This document shows, piece by piece, positions 54,881 to 64,000 of a DNA stretch of 64,000 bases. Location: NCBI GenBank assembly GCA_951406725.2, contig OX597831.1:81220001-81284000 (forward strand), written 5' to 3'. How positions within the stretch are numbered: the stretch's first letter is position 1; each line of letters opens with the position of its first letter. The stretch comes from Octopus vulgaris (Eukaryota). Position numbers and translations under genes: made by a program. The notes under the pieces were generated by a model. The model was given only the letters and a program-made list of their open reading frames with translations. It did no database searches and had not been told where the DNA came from.

Positions 54881-56329
54881 TGGTTGTGCAGCGCACTGGC
54901 AGGTTGGAAGTCAGAAAACACGGATTGTAATATTTAATCACTCACCGTGTTCAAATCCCGTTTGGGTCAACTTTGGCTTTCATCATTCTGGGGCGTCGAT
55001 AAAATAAAATCTTCAACTCGGTTTAATCGACCATGCCTTCCCTCCTCCCTCGTGCAACAATCTGAAAGTTCGTGCCTATGTTAGAAATACTGACTAAGCT
55101 GACATATGATCAAGTACTTTCCTTCCGTGACGATCCCATCTGTTTCATTGGGACAATGACCCTTCAGAGTTTTTTTCTAGGAAGGCAAGGTATATTTTTG
55201 GTCAAGATTTGCTAACTATTTCTAGCAAGTAAAGGTTCTTCGTTTCACTATTGAAGTGAAGAAGACAAGACACGATTACTAAAATGGAGAATAAAATACC
55301 TTGTGGTATTGACTGACATCCTTTATTTTTTGTTCAAATACCAGCGGAGTCGACTTTGCCTTGTTTCCTTCTTGGGTTCATGACAAAAATTACCAGTGAT
55401 ATACTGAGGAACATTTCTCAAGAATTCAATGTTATTATTTTTGTCAAAGAGTTGGTCTCTGGAGACGATGAAATAAGCATCAATTACTCTCTTTTTATTA
55501 TCTTTTACTTGTTTCAGCAATTGGTCGACCGGGAATATAGTAGAAAACACTTGCACAAGGTGCCACGCAGTAGGACTGAACCCAGAACCATGCGGTTGGG
55601 AAGCAATTTTCTTACCACACAGCCACACCACAATATCGGAGAATTTAGAACTTCCAGGTTTATCGGTGCCTAGGAATAGTTTTTGGACCTAGGCAGAGGG
55701 AGTCATTAATTTCATAGACACCACTAAAAGTTAGGGTTCCACTATACAAAGTGTCTTTCCCTTTCTTTTAAGGCCTAACACACATGTGGGGTATTTGACA
55801 GTTACTTCTAGCAGATATACGTAGTTTTCTTGGTTGACTCGACTGGTACCAGTTATCTCCTAGGTTCAAGGTACCTTAAAAACAAGTTGTATTGCCAGTC
55901 CAAAGATATTTATCGTATTAAATTAACAATCTTTCTTTTAAAATTCTTATCTTTTACCCTTTACTTTTTCTCGAAAACATCGAGAACATTCCATGACTGA
56001 GTCTTGTCAGCTTCTGTACAAATAAGTGTTGATGGAGCCAGCGTTACGGTTTCGATTTCTGATTGAAATCATTTTACGTTACTTTGGAAGAATGAAGAAA
56101 ATGTCTGAAGCGACTCCTCTAAGCATATCTAAAAAACAGAGAGGAAAAAAAGAATTTATGCTATTTTATCTCAAAAATTTCCAACAACATTGTTGCTGTT
56201 TGTGGTGGTGTTGTCGTCGTCATGGTGGGGATGGTGGTCGTCGTTGTTGTTGTTGTTGTTGTTTGTTTGTTTGTTGCTGTTGTTGTTACTATTATCCTAT
56301 AGTAGAAAGGATTGTTATCATCATCATCA

Positions 56330-56390
<61 letters not shown>

Positions 56391-56480
56391 CATTGATTTT
56401 TAACAGTCGAAGCTTTCAGACGATGTCATCAGAATTTCTTCTAATCAACGGAAAGATGTTGCTGTTGATTATTATAAAAA

Positions 56481-56569
<89 letters not shown>

Positions 56570-57080
56570 GCGGCGGCAGTGGCAGCAGTAACAACAGTAT
56601 CTGCAGCAGCAGCAGCATTTGCAGGAACTTCTGCAGCAGCAGCACCAGCAACAGCATTGATATCCATGGTGATGATGATGATGATGATGAGTAGCGATTT
56701 GCAGAATTCCATCTTTCTTCAGATATTGTCTGCTGATCTCCTAATGATTAATATCCCAACTCTTTACTTTTAATTAGCAACGAACATAAAACCGAAGCCG
56801 TTTCTAAAATGTTAGCAGTCGCGCTTCTTTAAAAGAGAGGAATTCTTTAAAAAAAGCAGCAGACAAAACTAACGCAAATAATAAAACCATTTGTTTTTTT
56901 AAAAAAAAGATATCTTATCTGAATAGTTTTTCTTTCTATTGACGATGGCAGGAATGTTTGTCGTAGACTATATTACAACAACTGTCGTTGTTCTTGTTGT
57001 TGTTGTTGTTGTTAATTTAGTCATTTTTCGCGTAAACCTCACAACAAACACTTCAATCTGATCGTTTCATTTCCAGCCCT

Positions 57081-57317
57081 TTCTTCTTCTTCTTCTTCTT
57101 CTTCTTCTTCTTCTTCTTCTTCTTCTTCTTCTTCTTCTTCTTCTTCTTCTTCTTCTTCTTCTTCTTCTTCTTCTTCTTCTTCTTCTTCTTCTTCTTCTTC
57201 TTCTTCTTCTTCTTCTTCTTCTTCTTCTTCTTCTTCTTCTTCTTCTTCTTCTTCTTCTTCTTCTTCTTCTTCTTCTTCTTCTTCTTCTTCTTCTTCTTCT
57301 TCTTCTTCTTCTTCTTC
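57081..57317. repeat. Pure (TTC)n tract of about 79 units
   Basis: Uninterrupted run. Confidence 0.97.
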
Positions 57318-57488
57318 CTAACTATTAAATTTCTTTTCTGTATTTTGTTTTTAAAGTAACCCCATCAATATTCATCATTTTATTTTAGTTCAAATGTCGT
57401 CTGCTCCACAAAAAAAACCCGACTGTCTGATCTACAAATTTTGCTAAACACACACATTCGGTAATATTGCTTTACACACACACGCACG

Positions 57489-57532
<44 letters not shown>

Positions 57533-59373
57533 TACATATCATACAGTCATACAAATGATATACATACACACACACACATATATATATCTGTGTGTGTATA
57601 CATGTATGTGTGTGTGTGTATATATATGTATGTATATATATATACATACATACACACACACATATATATATATATATATATGCATATATATACATATATA
57701 CATATTTAAGATCATGTATAAAATATGTATATATGTATATGCGTACTTATATCTATATATGCATATATGTTTATATGCTGATATGTATATATGTGTGCTT
57801 ATGAATATATACGCACATACACATATATGCACCGGTCTGCATATAGAAACGCACGCGCTCATACACACATGTGGATACACATATACGTACATACGTATGT
57901 GTAAGGACATATAAATCTTTGTGTATATAAATATACACACCACCGCACATTCGTGGAAACTAAGCATGATGACAAGATTTTCCCCCATTTTCTCTCTTCC
58001 TTTATTATTTTACTTCATTTTTTTATACTTATTACATCAACAACAACAACAATAACAGACACAAGGACAGCAGCTACAATAAAAAAAATATCAAAATTAA
58101 TTTTGATTTTAAACTTTGAGACAACCCAGCAAGTTCGGGTGAGGGGCTAAGTTGACCACACCGACCCCAGGGCTCAGCTGGTCCTTGTTTTATCAACCGT
58201 TAAAAAGACGAAAGGCAAAGTCGACCTCGACGGAATTTGAACTCAGGACGAAATGCTGCTAAGTATTTTGTTCGGCAAGCAAATGATTCTGTCGACTCTC
58301 TGCCATCCGGTCCCTGGAATTTGCAGAGATTCTGCTAGAATTTGAAACCAATATTATCTATTGAGTTCTTCATAATGTTTCAACTAACGGTAATATACCT
58401 TTATATACAAATATGCAGACATACCTACATACCTACATACATACATACATATATACATATATACATACATACATACATGCACATATGTGTGTGAGTGTAT
58501 ATATATATATATATATATATACACAGACATACACATACATACATATGTGCATGTTTGTATGTATGTATTCTCATGCATATAGTTGCATATTTAGACATGA
58601 TCATATATATATTTAAAAGATAAACTTAATGATAAAGCTCTCAAAGTATCAAAACTCTGTGTGAAGATACTTTATTAAAGCATTAAGTCTAACAAAAGGT
58701 GTTCTGCTTCGGAACGTTTCAGACGAAACCGAACGTCTTTTGTTGCACTCATTATTTTAATAAAACACGCATACGCACGCACATACATATATTCATATCC
58801 GTTTGAGTGCCAAAATGTATAGATGTGTGTGCCTTAATGTCTATGTGTGTAAATGTATTTATACATTTATGTATGTATGTATGTATGTATATATGTATGT
58901 ATGTATATATGTATGTATGTGTGTTTAAGTATGTATGCGTGTGTATATGTATGTGTACACAAACACCACACACACACACACACATACATATATGTAAAAA
59001 GATTTGAAGTATATAATGTATATACATTGTGTAAATTAAATAGAAATCACAGAAGCGTACATATACAATTTTAGAAACGTCCTCCTATTTTATGAACTAA
59101 ATTTGTGGCCGCCCTAGCGTTTCATAACATGTACAATGCTACAGGTTACCTGCTTGATATATACAAACATATATATATATATCATACTTACGTACGTACA
59201 CACATAGTTAGATATTAGTTGAAGAGTGGGAAAAAACGTGCTTGTTTGTGTTTACTGGCGTGAAGAGAAAGTTTGCAACCAATAACAGCTATTATGGTAA
59301 AAATACCATCTTGTGTCTATCGTTAGTTTTAATATTTATAGTAAACAAAGTTATCAAAATAATAGTAATAAAC

Positions 59374-59427
<54 letters not shown>

Positions 59428-59474
59428 ATGTATGTATGTATGTATGTATGTATGTATGTATGTATGTATGTATG

Positions 59475-62068
59475 CTGCAGATATTGGGGAGGCTTGGCCG
59501 ACCCTTAAAAAGTCAGTTTATGATATAAGCAAGAAAATTCTGGGAGTGATACAAAGAAAGCATCAAGATTGGTTCAAAGAAAATGATGAACATATAGATG
59601 ATTTATTGGCTGATAAAAGACGTACTTTGTCATGCTATTTGTCAGCAAAGTCACAGGAAAGGGAAGTGTTGCATAGGGAACTTAAGGACGTAAAATCACG
59701 TGTGAGGCAAAAGCTCTCTCAGATGAGGGATACGTGGTGGAGTAAGAAGGCTGACGAGATACAGGCGGCATCAAATTCCAATAACACAAAGCTGTTGTAT
59801 GGTCTCTTGCGAGAAGTTTATGGACCGACGTCTTCCCTGATGACACCACTTCGAAGCAGGGATGGTAAAGAACTTCTTCGTGAGTCACAAGGAATTCTGC
59901 GAAGGTAGCAAGATCACTTTGATGAACTTTTGAATCAACAGTCTGTAGTTAGTGAGGATGTTCTCAATCTCATCCCTGGATTACCTGTGAAGGCAGCACT
60001 CGCGGAAACACCAAAGTTGGAAGAAGTTGCAATGGTTGTCTCAAGGTTGAATAATGGGAAGTCACCGGGTATGGATAGCATACATGCGGAGTTGTTACAG
60101 CATGGTGGTGAGAAACTTCTGCAGAAACTTCACTCCTTGTTTGGTCAGATATGGACTAGTGGCTCTGTACCTGAGGACTGGAGAGATACAGTAATGGTGG
60201 TCATGTATAAAGGAAAGGGCAACAGGAATGATTGTGGTAATTATAGGGGAATATCATTGCTGTCTGCTGTAGGAAAGGTTTTATGCAGGATACTTCTGGA
60301 TCGTCTGCTGAAATACATTGCAGATTGTGTTCTTCCAGAAAGTCAATCTGGCTTTCGTGTGGGACGTGGCACTGCTGATATAATCTTTTCAGCTATACAG
60401 CCTCAGGAAAAGTGTATGGAACAGGGTCTGGATTTGTACCAGGCTTTTGTCGATCTGACAAAAGCCTTTGATACCGTCAATAGAAAAGCATTGTGGAAAG
60501 TCCTCCAGAAACTTGGGTGTCCTGAAAAGTTCCTTGCTTTGATTAGGTCTTTTCATGAAGACATGAATGGTAGGGTGAATGTTAGAGGGAAAATGCCGGA
60601 ACCCATTGCAATACAAAATGGAGTGAAACAGGGGGATATTCTGGCACCGACCCTATTTTCCATATATTTCGCGATGGTGTTCCGTATTGCATTCAGAAAC
60701 TGCAGATACGGTGTTTACGTCCATTATCGAACCTCTGGCAGCATATTTAATATGAGGCGCTTTGCTGCAAAAACAAAGATATTTACCTCTATCATAAGAG
60801 ACATTTTGTATGCAGATGAGTGTGAGCTAGTAACACACACAGAGATTGATATGCAACACATTTTGAATGCATTCTCTGATGCTTGCACTGCCTTAGGATT
60901 GACAGTCAATCTCAAGAAAACTGTTGTCATGCATCAACCTGCATGGTAAGCAGTATAGTGAACCAAATATCTATGTGAATGGTAAACGACTTGATGTAGT
61001 TGATGAGTTTGTCTACCTGGGAAGCACTATTAATAGATATGGCAATGTGGATGATGAAATTCCATATAGAATTAGGAAAGCAAGTGTTGCTTTCGGAAGG
61101 CTAGAAAAGCGCATCTGGAGTCGGCGAGACATATGCAGAAGGACAAAGATAAAGGTGTACAAGGCATGTGTGCTCCCTTCCCTTCTCTATGCCTGCGAGA
61201 CTTGGGTCACATATCGATACCACCTTAAACAACTGGAACGTTTCCATCAGATGTGCCTCAGACGGATCTATGGCATTAAGTGGAAGGACCGCATCAGTGA
61301 TCTTGAAATATTGGAAGGCTCTCGGTGTGAAAGTATAGAAGCTCTTGTGTTAAAGTAAAGGCTCAGATGGAGTGGTCATCTGGTCAGAATGAAGGATTCA
61401 AGGATGCCAAAACAACTCTTTTATGGAGAGTTAGCTAAAAGAGAACGACTTCCACATAAACCAACAAAGAGGTATAAGGACTTGCTGAAGGCTTCCTTAA
61501 GAGATGCTTGCATCTCTCCTGACACATGGAAGGCATAGCTATTGATCGTAGCAGGTGGAGAAGGATTGTGCATGAGGGGACCGCCACTTTTGAGAAATCT
61601 CGAGTTGCACATGAGAAAGTAAGGAGATATGTCAGGAAGGGCATCGCTGTTACACTTCCAGAAGGGAAGGGTCTTCCTTTGATTCTGACATGCAATGTCT
61701 GTGCAATACCCTGCCTCAGTAAAGCTGGACTCATGAGTCATCTTCGTAGTCATAAAACGAGACAGATGAGTGACAACCTGGCCACTGGTGGTGGTGTAAC
61801 ACACCATACTAATCATATCTGTCGCGCATGTGGAAGAGAGAGTAATTCGGCAGGAGGACTTAAACGACATGCTAAGGTACATGAAGCCCAGTTACAACTA
61901 CAGCCGGCTATTATCGGTAATGGTTTTAGTTGCCAATTCTGTACAAGACATTATAGATCTTTAGCTGGGCTAAGAAGTCACATTCGATCACAGCACCAGT
62001 AATAGTTAAGCTTCGTGCAATGTCCATACTCGATAACGAGGGGTCAGCCATAATGTATGTATGTATGT
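59475..62068 (+). mobile_element. 5'-truncated RTE-clade LINE; RT pseudogene with three C-terminal C2H2 zinc fingers
   Basis: KSPGMDSIHAELL, CGNYRGISLLS, PESQSGFRVGRGTAD, FVDLTKAFDTV, GVKQGDILAPTLF, LYADEC, FVYLGS, LLYACETW; in-frame stops at ~59906 and ~61356 and frameshifts at ~60945 and ~61530; (atgt)n tail. Confidence 0.95.
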
Positions 62069-62402
62069 ACATAATTTTATTTCATCATCACCACACATCT
62101 AACAATTCCTGCAGCTACTTAATAAGCCTCGATATTTCACGACTCCACTGGTACATAGACGGCTCTAATATTCACATACCTACCTTATATTTCGGTATAT
62201 TGGCTCATAATCAACGTAGCCTTCCATAGCAACGCCGTACATTATGCACGCTATATTAAATAACGCATTTGCCTTGTTTAATAAGTTTTTCACGCCTTAA
62301 AAAAGGCACATGCTTATCATACATTATCTGTGGTTTGCATTTATAAATGGACAATACATATATATTTGCGTGTTTGTGTTTATCTATGTATATTTATGCA
62401 TG

Positions 62403-62495
<93 letters not shown>

Positions 62496-62496
62496 G

Positions 62497-62567
<71 letters not shown>

Positions 62568-62595
62568 GTCTGTCTGTCTGTTTGTCTGTCTCTTG

Positions 62596-62631
<36 letters not shown>

Positions 62632-62637
<6 letters not shown>

Positions 62638-62893
62638 GCGAGAAGGAAATGGAGAACGAACGACAAAACAGAAGTTGCGCTAGTAAGCCATTATTTAATT
62701 AGTAATAAAGGTGAATGAGTGAGAATGAAATTGTTTACGATCGTTTCTGTTTACCATGGTGAGGAAAATATACAGAAATGATCGTAAACACCTTCACTCT
62801 CACTCTCTCACCTTTATTAATTAATTAACGGCTTACTAGCGCAAAAGACACACTTCTGTTTCTTGTTTGTCCTCCATTTTCTCCTCGCCTATA
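62632..62893. mobile_element. MITE-like foldback element
   Basis: Arms ~62632-62750 and ~62772-62893 are diverged reverse complements (gcgctagtaagcc/ggcttactagcgc; tgtttacgatc/gatcgtaaaca); TA at both ends. Confidence 0.75.
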
Positions 62894-63033
62894 TTAAACT
62901 ATGGTTACCCGCTAAATTACCTGCTGCCGTATAACTTTTACCAAGGAATGTAACCACTGAGGTAATTACCAGAAGTGCCTTTGGATGTATCTATCCCTTA
63001 GAGGCTTTAAAATACCAACACCTCTAACTTATA

Positions 63034-63104
<71 letters not shown>

Positions 63105-63448
63105 AGGGATATTAGCCAACTGAATATGGCTAGGGACAGGGCAGGGTGGTGGGGGTGTCACTGTTGCATTTAGCCCCAGGCGAACATCAACGTCACCAGA
63201 TAGGCCGACGCCGTCACGGCGTCCTCTATCTTGCAAAGGGAGATCATTCCCCAAGAAGCGGATACCACACACGGACCTAGGTTTCAAGGTGTATTGCCTA
63301 TTATCAACGTGTGGTAGGCAGGTCGTTCTCGCGAAGGTCGTTCGTCCGAACGTTGTTGCTAATATCCCTTATATTATGTGTGCCGGGGGAATGATCTCCT
63401 GTAGAGGACTATATCTCATTTAGATAATTCCCTAGCCATTTCAGTTGG

Positions 63449-63582
<134 letters not shown>

Positions 63583-63749
63583 TGTATATATATATATGTA
63601 TATAAGTAGTGTACATTTAAACACAAAGAGAAATTACCTATAACAGGCAATTTCTACACGCTAGGAGACAGTCAAAACGACCGAAGACCACAAACTTTAA
63701 GCAGTTTCAAAGGGAATGAAAAAATAAAAACTTTTACCTTGTTTTTACG

Positions 63750-63818
63750 GTTATACATATAGGTTTTGGATGATTTTAGTAAATAAAATAATTTACTAGG
63801 CAAGTCTTCATCAGTAAC
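63750..63818 (-). ncRNA. Hammerhead-like motif (CUGAUGA intact, GAAA replaced by AAAA)
   Basis: gtta-CTGATGA-agacttgcc tagtaaa..tttacta aaatcatcc-AAAAC ctatat GTA-taac. Confidence 0.5.
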
Positions 63819-64000
63819 TGAGCCATACAAGACTAACCTATAATTATGAGACTAATAGCACGTGTCTCATCCTGATATGTTATATTTTTTTCAAAATCCA
63901 CCACGCAAGCGCACTTTCAGTCAGCAGAAAATGAAAAATGCGGAAACGAACTTTGAAAAGCTAATACCGATACTTAGATATATATACAGAGGGTAGTAAA

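Noticed and set aside
59930-60949. Functional reverse transcriptase gene
   Set aside because: 5'-truncated (no endonuclease), in-frame stops and frameshifts, and YADD is YADE

Overview
Eukaryotic, AT-rich, non-genic DNA crowded with microsatellites. The repeat families (tRNA-headed SINEs, RTE/Tx1/CR1 LINEs, mariner, very dense (TA)n/(CA)n/(TATG)n) look like a coleoid cephalopod, probably Octopus; this is an inference, not a database match. I find no host protein-coding exon I can support, and most ORFs in the track are microsatellite artefacts. Real coding remnants are all transposon-derived: a 5'-truncated RTE LINE ending in three C2H2 zinc fingers (59.5-62.1 kb), two Tx1-like 3' ends, a CR1-group 3' end, an RTE-type 3' fragment, a CRE-clade remnant, Penelope-like remnants and two mariner relics. 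There is also a non-autonomous Helitron and a hAT MITE. The most striking unexplained signal is about a dozen minimal type-I hammerhead-ribozyme-like motifs of the Penelope pLTR type, from several unrelated families. Several sit inside long inverted repeats, and nearly all carry substitutions in the normally invariant catalytic core; one multi-copy family shares CUGUWGA. Other points of note: SINE/LINE shared 3' ends with an apparent GGTATYYC target preference, a 28-bp tandem array, and unique-sequence islands with CTCF, ETS, TATA and homeodomain motifs suggesting a regulatory landscape. Element boundaries were read by eye and are approximate unless termini or TSDs are stated.
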